Assembly (NCBI GenBank): GCA_040384705.1
Contig: JAZKIU010000001.1
Span: forward strand, 89,907 to 153,906
Length of the DNA: 64,000 nt
Origin: Patescibacteria group bacterium
Lineage (GTDB): Bacteria; Patescibacteriota; Minisyncoccia; Phycocordibacterales; Phycocordibacteraceae
Reading direction: 5' to 3'
This document shows, piece by piece, positions 28,488 through 37,978 of the stretch. The notes beneath the pieces are model-generated. The model was not told where the DNA came from, did not search any database, and saw nothing but the letters and a program-made list of their open reading frames with translations. How positions within the stretch are numbered: the stretch's first letter is position 1; the number at the start of each line of letters is the position of its first letter. Both the position numbers and the translations under genes were made by a program.

Positions 28488-29963
28488 GTGCAGCAGCGGC
28501 TTATCTTTGCGATCCTTTCGTTTATCCTAGGCATCGCCCTAGGTTCGCTGCTCTTGATTTCCTGGCAAGTGATGGCGCTTTTGGCGTCCGTCATCTTTTC
28601 TTTATCTTTTTTATTGCTCCTCAAAAGGAGCGAAGCGTACATCCTGTCAGCCCTCTGCCTCCTTGGGCTTCTCATCGGGCTCGCGCGCGTAGGCAGTGCT
28701 CCGGTCGTGGCACCTGGCGCATTCCTGCCCCTCTTCGATACGAAGGTCATCCTTACCGGGAATATCGAGGGCGATCCCGACATACGCGAGACGACGCAGC
28801 GTGTCACGCTCGCCGTGGAACACGAAGGAGAGCATATGCGCATGCTCGTTGTCGCTCCTCTATACCCTGAGCTCTCGCACGGGCAGGTCCTCGAGGTGCG
28901 TGGAACGCTCGAGCGGCCCGAACCCTTCACGACCGATGGCGGGCGCACGTTTCGGTACGATAGCTTCCTCGCCAAGGACGGCGTGTTCGGCATCATCGGC
29001 TTCGCGAAGATACGGGTGCTCGACGACAAGCCTGGCCTGCGCACGTATCTCTACGAAGCGAAGCATCTCTTCGTGCGTGGACTATCGAACGCGCTTCCCG
29101 AGCCCTATGCGAGCCTCGCTGCCGGGATAATCGCGGGAGGGAAGCAGGGGCTCGGGAAGGAGTTGCTCGAGGCGTTCACCATCGCCGGCCTCCTGCCCAT
29201 CGTCGTCCTGTCGGGATACAACGTGATGATAATCGCCGAGGCGATACTACGCGGGTTCAGCTTCCTCAGGAAGCGGACCGCCATCATCCTCGCAGGGATT
29301 ACGATATTCCTTTTCGTGCTCGCGGCAGGAGCGGGAGCCTCCGCCACGCGTGCTGGCATCATGGCGGGCTTAGGACTCTTCGCACGGGCGAGCGGCCGTA
29401 CCTACGACGCGCTCCGCGCCCTCGTCTTCGTGCTCGTTATCATGCTGCTGTGGAACCCGCTGCTCCTCGTGCACGATCCGGGATTTCAGTTCTCGTTCGT
29501 CGCGACGCTCGGATTGATACTGGGTAGTCCCGTCATCGAGCCGCACCTCATGCGCATACGGAACGCATTCCTGCGCGACATCGTTGCGACTACTGTCGCG
29601 GCGCAGCTCTTCGTGCTTCCGCTCCTCCTGTACCAGACAGGGAACCTCTCGCTCGTCGCGCTCCCGGCGAACGTGCTCGTCCTCCCCGCAGTCCCGCTCG
29701 CGATGCTTTTCTCTGCGATCGCGGGTTTTGTCGGCATGCTCGCTCCTGCGCTCGCAACTGTCGTCGGGCTCCCTGCGCTTCTCCTGCTTTGGTACTTAGT
29801 CGAGGTCGCGCAGACCAGTGCCGCGCTTCCGTTCGCGAGCCTGACCATTCCGATGTTCCCGTTCTGGGTAACGATTCTTCTGTACATGCTCTTAGCGTTC
29901 GGCATGCATTGGCTTAAAGAAAAAGTGCCTGCGACAGATGTTGCAGGCACTCCTTCTCCCTGA
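28488..29963 (+). CDS. comEC: ComEC/Rec2 DNA internalisation channel (DUF4131 + competence membrane domain), lacking the C-terminal metallo-beta-lactamase domain
   Basis: Multi-TM protein with the conserved competence-domain segment LLPIVVLSGYNVMIIAEAILRGFSFL...RAGIMAG; ORF ends before any MBL domain. Confidence 0.85.
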   Translation: MQQRLIFAILSFILGIALGSLLLISWQVMALLASVIFSLSFLLLLKRSEAYILSALCLLGLLIGLARVGSAPVVAPGAFLPLFDTKVILTGNIEGDPDIRETTQRVTLAVEHEGEHMRMLVVAPLYPELSHGQVLEVRGTLERPEPFTTDGGRTFRYDSFLAKDGVFGIIGFAKIRVLDDKPGLRTYLYEAKHLFVRGLSNALPEPYASLAAGIIAGGKQGLGKELLEAFTIAGLLPIVVLSGYNVMIIAEAILRGFSFLRKRTAIILAGITIFLFVLAAGAGASATRAGIMAGLGLFARASGRTYDALRALVFVLVIMLLWNPLLLVHDPGFQFSFVATLGLILGSPVIEPHLMRIRNAFLRDIVATTVAAQLFVLPLLLYQTGNLSLVALPANVLVLPAVPLAMLFSAIAGFVGMLAPALATVVGLPALLLLWYLVEVAQTSAALPFASLTIPMFPFWVTILLYMLLAFGMHWLKEKVPATDVAGTPSP

Positions 29964-29969
29964 CCTGAT

Positions 29970-30566
29970 TTACGTGGCTGCGTTCGCGAAGCGTTCGTTC
30001 ACGAGATCCCAGTCCACGTTCGCGAGCAATGCGTCGACGTACGTCTTCTTTTCCGCCGGGACATAGTCGACCATGTACGCGTGCTCCCATAGATCGATGG
30101 CGAGGATGATGGGAAGTCCTGCGAGCTGCCCGAGCTCATGGTCACCGACGAAGGCAGTATGCAGAGAATTTATCCGGGGGTCGAAGTACGTGATGACCCA
30201 GCCGATGCCACGCGTGCCCGCGACCTCTTTCAGATGCGTGATGAAGCTCGCCCAGTTGCCGTACTTCTCGGACGCTGCGTTCGCGAGCGGGGAATTCTCC
30301 GCGGCCTGGCTCGGTCCCTTCTCGAGCTGCTCGAAATAGTACTCGTGCATGCGCATGCCATCGAACTCGAAGCCGAGGCGGCGGCGTAGCTCATTCATCA
30401 CGAACGCGTTGCTGTCCGCGTCCTCGTCACGCAATCGCTTGATGGTGTCGAGGATGACGTTCACGTGCTTCACATACCCTTCGTAGAGAGCGAGGTGGAC
30501 GTCCATCTGCTTCTTCGAGAGGCCGGAAAGCTCGGGCAAGCTGAAGGTGCGTGCGGTATAGGTCAT
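29970..30566 (-). CDS. sodA: Fe/Mn superoxide dismutase
   Basis: N- and C-terminal SOD domains with the DLWEHAYMVDY metal-ligand motif; 198 aa. Confidence 0.9.
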   Translation of the reverse strand: MTYTARTFSLPELSGLSKKQMDVHLALYEGYVKHVNVILDTIKRLRDEDADSNAFVMNELRRRLGFEFDGMRMHEYYFEQLEKGPSQAAENSPLANAASEKYGNWASFITHLKEVAGTRGIGWVITYFDPRINSLHTAFVGDHELGQLAGLPIILAIDLWEHAYMVDYVPAEKKTYVDALLANVDWDLVNERFANAAT

Positions 30567-30635
30567 AGGTAAGGGTGAGACGGATAAGTATCCCCGAGTA
30601 TACCGTAGGGGGATGAAGGTTCCATGGGCTAGAAC

Positions 30636-30944
30636 TTAGCTCGTAGTGTAGCGGTCCTTGTCGCGCGAGGACACCTTGTCGATGCTCTTGCGTATCGCGT
30701 CGTCGAGGCTTATCCCATGAGAGTTGGCGAAGCAGATGAGCGTATAGATGATGTCTCCTATCTCTTCCTCCATATCCTGCTTCTCCTCATCGAGGCGCTT
30801 CTTCTTGGGTCCGTAGACATGGTTCACGATACGGGCGAACTCGCCGCCCTCCTCGAAGAGCCGTGCGGTTATCGCGAGCGGCTCCCAGTACGGCCATCCC
30901 TTCTCCTTGAACCAAGCATCCACTTCCTTCTGGTATTTATCCAT
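30636..30944 (-). CDS. MazG-like nucleotide pyrophosphohydrolase (small)
   Basis: MDKYQKEVDAWFKEKGWPYW...EEGGEFARIV...EEIGDIIYTLICFAN EExxE-type motifs. Confidence 0.75.
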   Translation of the reverse strand: MDKYQKEVDAWFKEKGWPYWEPLAITARLFEEGGEFARIVNHVYGPKKKRLDEEKQDMEEEIGDIIYTLICFANSHGISLDDAIRKSIDKVSSRDKDRYTTS

Positions 30945-31428
30945 GGCTCGCAGCGTACTTGTGATAGAGCTCGAGCACGTCATCCACCGATTCCGATTGC
31001 TCGAGGCTCGCGAGCTCCTCGACGCTGAACCAGTGCGCCTCGCCCACCGTATTCGGGTTTATCTGGAAGGCCTGCGTACCGACATGGGCCAGGTATGCGC
31101 AGATGACATCCTTCTTGTGCTGCCGGGTATGGAAATAGGAGCCGAGCGGGATGAGCACCGAGAGCTCGATGCCTACCTCCTCGCGGACCTTGCGTTTGGC
31201 GGTCTCGAGCGGCTCCTCGTCCTTGCGGCTGCGCCCGCCCGGAAGCGTCCAGTGCTTGGGCCCGTACGTCTCGCGGATGAGGAGGAAGTTCTCGCCCTGC
31301 TTGATGAGGACCTTGGCGCCCTCGGCTTGCGGCGCAGCCATACGCCAGTAGAGGAGCTGGAAGGGGGCGAGTACCCGGTTAGATAGGCGTTTCAGGAACA
31401 TACGCTTCGTGTACATCAACAGTACCAT
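30937..31428 (-). CDS. NUDIX hydrolase
   Basis: Nudix box GGRSRKDEEPLETAKRKVREEVGIEL; overlaps the mazG-like gene by 8 nt. Confidence 0.8.
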   Translation of the reverse strand: MVLLMYTKRMFLKRLSNRVLAPFQLLYWRMAAPQAEGAKVLIKQGENFLLIRETYGPKHWTLPGGRSRKDEEPLETAKRKVREEVGIELSVLIPLGSYFHTRQHKKDVICAYLAHVGTQAFQINPNTVGEAHWFSVEELASLEQSESVDDVLELYHKYAASHG

Positions 31429-31462
31429 TTGCGCCGGATTATACTGACCCTATCAACGTCCC

Positions 31463-32323
31463 ATGAATTCCCTGCGCACCAAGCCGGCCTTAGCCGCGTT
31501 CGTCCTGCTCGCGCTCGTCGCGGTGAACGCGGCAGCGATATACGCCATATACGAGCCGAAGCAGGGCCTGCTCACGGTCTCGTTCCTCGCGGTGGGGCAG
31601 GGCGACGCCATCCTTATCGAGAGCCCGGAAGGCGTCCAGCTGCTCATAGATGGAGGCCGCGATCGCGCCGTGCTGCGCCAGCTGCCGAGAGTGATGGGCC
31701 CGCTCGACCGTTCCATCGATATGGTGCTCGCGACGCACCCGGACGCCGACCATATCGGTGGGTTGCCCGACGTCCTCAATCGCTACCGCGTCTCCTACTA
31801 TCTCTCGCCGGGCATAGAGCACGGGACGAGCCAGGCGGAGCGGCTGGATGTGGCGGTGGAAAAGGAACCGGGCGCAGTCAGCATCCTCGCTAGGAAGGGT
31901 ATGCGTATCCATCTCGGAGAGGCGGTATACGCGGACGTACTCTACCCTGATCATGACGTGTCGAAGGGGGAGACCAATAGCGGGTCCATAGTGCTCCGGC
32001 TCGTGCATGGCGACACCTCTTTTATGCTCACGGGCGACGCGCCGTCCTCGGTCGAGGACTATCTCATCTCGCTCGGCGGGGAACTGGATAGCGATGTGCT
32101 CAAGGCCGGGCACCACGGCTCGCGCACCTCGACCGGGTCAGCATGGCTTAACGCCGTTATTCCCGCGACCGTGGTGATCTCGGCAGGGAAGGACAACTCG
32201 TACGGCCATCCGCACGAGGAAGTACTAGAGCGCATACAGGTTTCTGGGGCTTCGGTAGCTTCCACGGTAGAGGGGCGACCGGTCATCTTCACGAGCGATG
32301 GGAAGACGGTAGTGCACAAGTGA
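31463..32323 (+). CDS. Membrane-anchored MBL-fold metallo-hydrolase (ComEC C-terminal-domain homologue encoded separately)
   Basis: N-terminal TM then GQGDAILIE, HPDADHIGG, HGDTSFMLTGD, AGHHGSRTS motifs of the ComEC lactamase_B domain. Confidence 0.8.
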   Translation: MNSLRTKPALAAFVLLALVAVNAAAIYAIYEPKQGLLTVSFLAVGQGDAILIESPEGVQLLIDGGRDRAVLRQLPRVMGPLDRSIDMVLATHPDADHIGGLPDVLNRYRVSYYLSPGIEHGTSQAERLDVAVEKEPGAVSILARKGMRIHLGEAVYADVLYPDHDVSKGETNSGSIVLRLVHGDTSFMLTGDAPSSVEDYLISLGGELDSDVLKAGHHGSRTSTGSAWLNAVIPATVVISAGKDNSYGHPHEEVLERIQVSGASVASTVEGRPVIFTSDGKTVVHK

Positions 32324-32382
32324 CTTTACGGATGGGAAAGTAGTGGTACTGTGCGAGAGGAGAGTCCAGAAGGGGAAATACC

Positions 32383-32682
32383 ATGCTATCCATCGCCGTT
32401 AGAACCGAGCTACGGATCGATGAAGTCATCGCCGCGAGCATCGTCGAGTATTTTTGCACGCACCAGACGGAAGACTTCCGGGCGAAACGCGCCGCTGTCC
32501 TGGAATGCGCTCGCGCCGACATCGAGAGGGGCCCGCTGCCCGACTCGCCGTACACGGAGCTGTACTGCAGGGTAGTGCGTCGCTACCTCGAGCAGAAAGT
32601 CCCGGAATCTAGCTGGCAGAACGTCCTCGGGCATCTCGAGGATTGGCCCATGCACCGCCGCCAGCCGCTCAACGACAACTGA
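32383..32682 (+). CDS. Hypothetical protein
   Basis: 99 aa ORF, no recognised domain. Confidence 0.35.
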   Translation: MLSIAVRTELRIDEVIAASIVEYFCTHQTEDFRAKRAAVLECARADIERGPLPDSPYTELYCRVVRRYLEQKVPESSWQNVLGHLEDWPMHRRQPLNDN

Positions 32683-32744
32683 ACTTCCGCCCACGAACGC
32701 GAAACGCCCCGGTCTTGGACCGGGGCGGCTTCTTTTCCGAGCGG

Positions 32745-32987
32745 CTAGATAACGCCTGCTTTCGTGAGGGTGGCGAAGGCACCGTTCTTCTTGATGTGGC
32801 GCATGCCCTTGGCGGATACGTCGATGAGGACGTTCTTGCCGAGCTCGGCAACGAATACGCGGCGCTTCTGGAGGTTCGCGCTGCGGCGGACCTTGCCGGT
32901 AGGGTTGAACTGGGTAGCACGCGTGCGGTTGGAATACCGCCCGCCTACTTGCGTGCTCTTGCCGGTCACTGCGCATTTACGTGCCAT
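32745..32987 (-). CDS. rpmB: 50S ribosomal protein L28
   Basis: MARKCAVTGKSTQVGG...RVFVAELGKNVLIDVSAKGMRHIKKNG matches the L28 consensus. Confidence 0.8.
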   Translation of the reverse strand: MARKCAVTGKSTQVGGRYSNRTRATQFNPTGKVRRSANLQKRRVFVAELGKNVLIDVSAKGMRHIKKNGAFATLTKAGVI

Positions 32988-33030
32988 AGTCCCCGCATGC
33001 TAGCATAATGGGGCTTACCTCCGCAAATCC

Positions 33031-33660
33031 ATGGCCATCCTCATCTTCGGCATCATCGTCCTCATCCTCTCCATCATCATCCATGAGGTGGCCCATGGAT
33101 ATGCCGCCTATACGCTCGGCGACCCTACGGCCAAGCTCGAAGGCCGTCTCACGCTCAATCCGGTCTCGCACGTGGACCCGGTCGGATCCGTTCTTCTCCC
33201 GGCCATACTCGTGATGACGGGCGCAGGCATCCTCTTCGGATGGGCGAAGCCCGTTCCGTACAATCCATACAACCTGAAGAACCAGCGATGGGGCGAGGCC
33301 ATCGTCGCGGTCGCGGGTGTCGCCACCAACCTCCTGCTCGCCATCATCTTCGCGCTCATCGCGCGCTACGCATATGCGAACGGCTTCGGGGAGTTCGGCG
33401 ACCTCGCAGCGCTCGTGACCCTCACGAACCTCTCGCTCGGCATCTTCAACCTCATCCCTATACCGCCGCTCGACGGGTTCACCGTCCTACGGGGCATTTT
33501 GCCGTACAAGCTCGGCATGCAAATGCGTGAGTTCGAGGACCGCATGCGTGCCGGCAGCATCTTCACGCTCATCGCCATACTGTTCATCTTCACGTACTTC
33601 TTCGCCGGCCCGTTCTACGACTTCATCAGCTACATTTTCGGATTGCTTATTGGTTCGTAG
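33031..33660 (+). CDS. Peptidase M50 (site-2 protease-like) family membrane metalloprotease
   Basis: HEVAHGY HExxH motif inside a TM helix plus the LNPVSHVDPVGS motif; 209 aa. Confidence 0.75.
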   Translation: MAILIFGIIVLILSIIIHEVAHGYAAYTLGDPTAKLEGRLTLNPVSHVDPVGSVLLPAILVMTGAGILFGWAKPVPYNPYNLKNQRWGEAIVAVAGVATNLLLAIIFALIARYAYANGFGEFGDLAALVTLTNLSLGIFNLIPIPPLDGFTVLRGILPYKLGMQMREFEDRMRAGSIFTLIAILFIFTYFFAGPFYDFISYIFGLLIGS

Positions 33661-33663
33661 CGC

Positions 33664-34419
33664 ATGAAGGCCATCTCGCTCAATACGTGGGGAGGTGAGG
33701 CGGGAGTGCCCGAGCTCCTGGCATTCCTTAAGTCATACGACGATGTCGATGTATTCTGCCTGCAGGAAGTCTGGAACGGAGGCGAGCACATGCTCGCGGA
33801 GAAATCGGGCGGGTCATGGCTCTCGCGCCGCAACCCGCACCTCCTGTCCCACATTGCCGGAGTGCTTACGGATTACGAAATCTATTACCGACCGCATTTC
33901 TTCGATTTCTACGGACTCGCGATGTTCGTGAAGAAAGGGCTCAAAGTCACCGAAGAAGGCGAGCTCTACATATATAAGGAGAAGGGATACATCTCTTCCG
34001 AGGAATTCGGCAACCATGCCCGCATTCTTCAATACATGACCATCGATACCTCAGAGGGCGCTCGAACCATCCTTAACCTCCATGGTCTCTGGAACGGGAA
34101 AGGGAAGAACGATTCCGAAGACCGTCTCGAACAGTCGGATAGGATCGCCAGGTTCGTAAAGGATCTTACTAATCCGTATGTCGTCCTTGGTGACTTCAAT
34201 TTGCGACCAGACACTGAAAGCCTCGCACGCATCGAGGCGTGCGGACTACGCAATCTCATAAAGGAATACGGGATAATCTCGACGCGCACGAGCCACTATA
34301 CGAAGCCGGAGAAGTTCGCGGACTATGCATTCGTAAGCGATGGGGTCGAGGTGAAGGATTTCAAGGTATTGCCGGACGAAGTGTCCGACCATGCGCCGCT
34401 GTATCTCGAATTCAGCTAG
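33664..34419 (+). CDS. Endonuclease/exonuclease/phosphatase (EEP) family protein
   Basis: VLGDFNLRPDTESL and C-terminal SDHAPLYLEF catalytic motifs. Confidence 0.8.
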   Translation: MKAISLNTWGGEAGVPELLAFLKSYDDVDVFCLQEVWNGGEHMLAEKSGGSWLSRRNPHLLSHIAGVLTDYEIYYRPHFFDFYGLAMFVKKGLKVTEEGELYIYKEKGYISSEEFGNHARILQYMTIDTSEGARTILNLHGLWNGKGKNDSEDRLEQSDRIARFVKDLTNPYVVLGDFNLRPDTESLARIEACGLRNLIKEYGIISTRTSHYTKPEKFADYAFVSDGVEVKDFKVLPDEVSDHAPLYLEFS

Positions 34420-34597
34420 CTAACGAAACGGGGAGGGCAAGGCAGTGGTTATAGAGAGCATGAAGAAGCTGCTTACCGCCCTCGCACTTCTCGCCATCGG
34501 GTACTTCATTGGGGTCCGGCAGGATAGTCGCAGGGGTATTCCGGAATGCGATAGATAAAGGAAAAGCCTCGCGGAGCGAGGCAGTCTTCCTTGAGCT

Positions 34598-34849
34598 TCA
34601 TTCCGCCGCGATCTTGAGTGCAGCGGGTGGTTCGAGGGTCAGATAGTGGTCGGGAGCTTGGGCGCAAGAGATCTGATGGTGCGGGAAGCAGGCGCAGATA
34701 TCGCAGAATTCCATCCCGCCCATCCACACCACTGCATGCTCGCTCAGAACGGCGCCGAGTCTTCGGCAGCGCGCCCCGCAATTGAATGTGGCGGCAGTGA
34801 CGAGAGGCGGGGGCTCGAATAGCCCGATAGTACCTTCAGGTAGTCTCAT
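34598..34849 (-). CDS. Hypothetical Cys-rich small protein (doubtful)
   Basis: 83 aa ORF with CGARC...CDICAC cysteines in a 640 bp low-coding intergenic region. Confidence 0.2.
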   Translation of the reverse strand: MRLPEGTIGLFEPPPLVTAATFNCGARCRRLGAVLSEHAVVWMGGMEFCDICACFPHHQISCAQAPDHYLTLEPPAALKIAAE

Positions 34850-35058
34850 GACGCCCTCCCCGGACGATCAGTTCGTGCTCACAATGAGCCTGTACCGCTA
34901 TAAGTGTACACTCGACTGGCCACGCTATCGCCCTAGTGTTGCACAAGTAGTGCGGTAAGTGGATTCGGCCCTGATCGTCTTTACACACGGTATACACTGT
35001 ATAAGCGGTGTATTCGATTCCCGGTATTACAACGCGTAACTATTGACCCAATCTATTT

Positions 35059-35952
35059 ATGATAAAGAAATTAGCCGCATTCACTATCGCGCTCTCGCTA
35101 TTCGCCGGCATCCTGCCGACCGCGACGTTCGCCGAGACGGTGACCTCCACTACCAGTGTGCAGATGCAGACGTACCTAGAGCAGATAAAGAAGCTCCAGG
35201 ACCAGCTCGCTGAACTTACCAAGAAGCGCGGCGAAACCGTTACCGAGCTTAGGGAGACCATGGCGCTCGCAGGCGAACTCCGCCAGGGCATGACGAGCGA
35301 AGAGGTGAAGGCGCTCCAGGAAATACTGGCCGCTGACCCCGATATCTATCCTGAAGGCCTCGTGACCGGTTTCTATGGCGCACTCACCGCAAAGGCAGTG
35401 GCCAAGTTCCAGAAGAAGCACGGCGTTGAGGGAGAAGTCGCTGTCGGCACGATGACTCGTGCGCGCTTGAACGCGCTCGCGAACGATTCAGACTTCAAAT
35501 GCAAGGCATGGGGCAAGTTGATCGCGCCTGGCCTGGCTAAGAAGCGTCTCGGTAATGCTTCGATAGACCTCTCCGCTTGCGGGAAGGTCCCGGCGGGAAT
35601 CATCAAGAAGATAGACACTGACTGGAAGCATGGTACCTCAACCGCTACTTCGACCGACACGAGGGCTCCGGGCATCTCGAACATCGATACCGATGATGTT
35701 ACTCATGAGTCCATCGTGGTCTCGTGGGAGACAAACGAGCGCACGAAAGCGGTCGTCTGGTACGGGACCGATGAGGATGTGGATCTCGATGATGCGGAGA
35801 AGGAGACCAGCTCGACCTTCGCGCTCGAGCATGAGCTTACCCTCGAAGACCTCGATGAAGACACGGAATACTTCTTCATCGTTGTTGCGACCGACAAGGC
35901 GGGCAATACCGCGACGTCGAGCGTGCAGGACTTCGAGACCGAGAACGACTAA
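35059..35952 (+). CDS. Secreted protein with peptidoglycan-binding-like domain and fibronectin type III domain
   Basis: Signal peptide MIKKLAAFTIALSLFAGILPTATFA; PG_binding_1-like segment ALQEILAADPDIYPEGLVTGFYGALTAKAVAKFQ; FN3-like HESIVVSWETNERTKAVVWYG...YFFIVVATDKAGN. Confidence 0.75.
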   Translation: MIKKLAAFTIALSLFAGILPTATFAETVTSTTSVQMQTYLEQIKKLQDQLAELTKKRGETVTELRETMALAGELRQGMTSEEVKALQEILAADPDIYPEGLVTGFYGALTAKAVAKFQKKHGVEGEVAVGTMTRARLNALANDSDFKCKAWGKLIAPGLAKKRLGNASIDLSACGKVPAGIIKKIDTDWKHGTSTATSTDTRAPGISNIDTDDVTHESIVVSWETNERTKAVVWYGTDEDVDLDDAEKETSSTFALEHELTLEDLDEDTEYFFIVVATDKAGNTATSSVQDFETEND

Positions 35953-35964
35953 CGAACGGTTCTG

Positions 35965-36002
35965 ATATGAAAATGCCCCGACTTGTCGGGGCATTTTCAT
36001 AT
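35965..36002. terminator. Strong hairpin terminator
   Basis: ATATGAAAATGCCCCGAC-ttgt-CGGGGCATTTTCATAT, 18 bp perfect stem. Confidence 0.65.
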
Positions 36003-36208
36003 CTCTGCGCCTCGGTGTTGGCTATAGAAAGTTATCAATAGGCGTGTCGAAAAAGGCAGGAGTTGAATCCCGTAGGGGCTGTCGAGGAGTTCTAATATGC
36101 TCATAAGGGCGGATTTGATTTCATTTAGGATTGGTTCATACTCCCACGAGACGCCGAGTACAAATCGCCTACAACAATAAATATCATCAGGCCGAAAGGG
36201 GTCATGAC

Positions 36209-37843
36209 ATGTCTGCGTTGGTTCAAGCACCCACTGCTAAGGTCTTCCCGCCGACCATAAGCCGTAAGGATATCAGGGGGCATATCGATGGCCTCTCGGA
36301 ACAAAGTTCCACTCTGCTCATCGACTTGTCGGCCGGTCTTTCTGATCAGAGGATTGCGAACAACCTCAAGGTTGAGGTTGTTCGTCTGCCGCTTCTCATG
36401 GAAAAGCTGTTCCGCAGCCTGAAGCTCTCGACGACGCTCTCGATGCAGGAGAAGCGCGCGGCGGCCATCCTCATGAACCGGATCTACGAAAAACTAGGCC
36501 CAATCAATGAGGAGCATGCCGAGTTCCTTCTTTATGCGCTCGCAATGAGCGCCGAGAAGGTCGCCATTCCTGACTTAAGGTTGGAGAACGAAGAGAGAGC
36601 GCTTCCGCCTGCCGCGGCAAAGAGCGCAATCGTTGATGAGCTCGCTGCGGCCCCACAACCGGAGGAGGTGCGGGAAGTGCCCGTCGACGAACCGAGACTC
36701 ATCATCGAGGCTCCGGAGCTTGAAGAAGCAGACTCGGACGTTCCCTCGGTTGAACCAGTGCAGGAGGTCCAACCCCCTGCCCCAGAAGGGCCCGACCCGC
36801 TTCTGTCGCGCATCACGAGAATCATGAACAGGAAGCCGATCACCGAGCGAAGGGCTCTCATCCTCGACACGCTGATCGTGGAAGGTACAGTGGCACGCAT
36901 TGCCGCTGTGCTTGGCACTGAATCCAACGGAATAAGCGCGAGTCTCTCGCAACTGAAGGCGATCTTCAAGGTCCCGACTGTCGAGGCCGAAGGGAGAAGA
37001 GAAGGAGCCAAGCAGGAGTTAGCCATGCTCGCCCGGGCGTGGGCGCGTTATCGCGGGCGCGAGCTCGTGGAAGCGCCGCCGCCGGATTCGTCCACGAAAG
37101 TCGTCGAAGAGACGCCTCTGAACGCGGAGTCTGTCGTGGAGCTGTGCGAACTGGCTCCACCTGCTCCAAACTTGGAGGTTCCGCTCTTCACCGACGCGGA
37201 GCGAGAAGCGATCATCGCTCGCATCAAGCGGGTGATGAAAGCGCGCAAGCTTAGCATCCGGAGAATCGAGGTGCTGGATGCTTTGGCTGCGGCGGGGAGC
37301 GTTACCCTTGCTGCGACGGCAGCCAATGCCTCGACCGGTAGCGTGAGCACGATCGCGACGTTCGCAAAAGCGTTGTTCGGTCTTCCGAAGCGTGAAGAAA
37401 GGAGCGTGGAGACGAAAGCGCTCATTGAGGTGTGGAGTATCTATCGCGAGCGCTACTCTACGCACGCGGCGGCCATGCCTAAGCCGAAGGGCGCTGTCGT
37501 CGCTCGGAAGCGTCTTGAAGTGCCTGCGGCACCGCTCGTTGCTGCTATGGAACCGGCGGCGGAAGCTCCCGCTCCCGTCGTTGAGTCTGAGGCGCGAGCA
37601 GAGCCACCCGAAACCGCTCCTCTGATGGTCATGACCACACAAGAGCCATCAAGTAGCGCTATCCTGCGCCAACCGGATGCTGTTCTGGGCGTCCGCACGT
37701 TATGGACGAACGCTCCTGATTTCGTGGACGAGCAGGATAGGCTCATCGGCGAAGGTTACCAGGTGGAGCGTGTCGATCATCTCGTCTCGTTCCATCCGGT
37801 TATCCAGGGCGTGTCCGTCCTGACGTTCGTAAAGCGGGCCTAA
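36209..37843 (+). CDS. Hypothetical protein with three sigma-70 region-4-like HTH repeats separated by A/P/E-rich linkers
   Basis: Internal duplication ITERRALILDTLIVEGTVARIAAVLGTESNGISASLSQLKAIFKVP vs LSIRRIEVLDALAAAGSVTLAATAANASTGSVSTIATFAKALFGLP, plus an N-terminal third copy. Confidence 0.6.
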   Translation: MSALVQAPTAKVFPPTISRKDIRGHIDGLSEQSSTLLIDLSAGLSDQRIANNLKVEVVRLPLLMEKLFRSLKLSTTLSMQEKRAAAILMNRIYEKLGPINEEHAEFLLYALAMSAEKVAIPDLRLENEERALPPAAAKSAIVDELAAAPQPEEVREVPVDEPRLIIEAPELEEADSDVPSVEPVQEVQPPAPEGPDPLLSRITRIMNRKPITERRALILDTLIVEGTVARIAAVLGTESNGISASLSQLKAIFKVPTVEAEGRREGAKQELAMLARAWARYRGRELVEAPPPDSSTKVVEETPLNAESVVELCELAPPAPNLEVPLFTDAEREAIIARIKRVMKARKLSIRRIEVLDALAAAGSVTLAATAANASTGSVSTIATFAKALFGLPKREERSVETKALIEVWSIYRERYSTHAAAMPKPKGAVVARKRLEVPAAPLVAAMEPAAEAPAPVVESEARAEPPETAPLMVMTTQEPSSSAILRQPDAVLGVRTLWTNAPDFVDEQDRLIGEGYQVERVDHLVSFHPVIQGVSVLTFVKRA

Positions 37844-37866
37844 CGGCCCGCGCAAGAGAACCTTGA

Positions 37867-37898
37867 GCCCCGTCGGTTTACCGGCGGGGCTTCTTTAT
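37867..37898 (+). terminator. Rho-independent terminator
   Basis: GCCCCG...CGGGGC hairpin followed by TTCTTTATT. Confidence 0.55.
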
Positions 37899-37978
37899 TA
37901 ACAACGAGGGTCAGGACATGAGGAGTTATCAACAGATAGGAGACGAAAACACAGGAAATTTTATCTTTTCATTATCTT

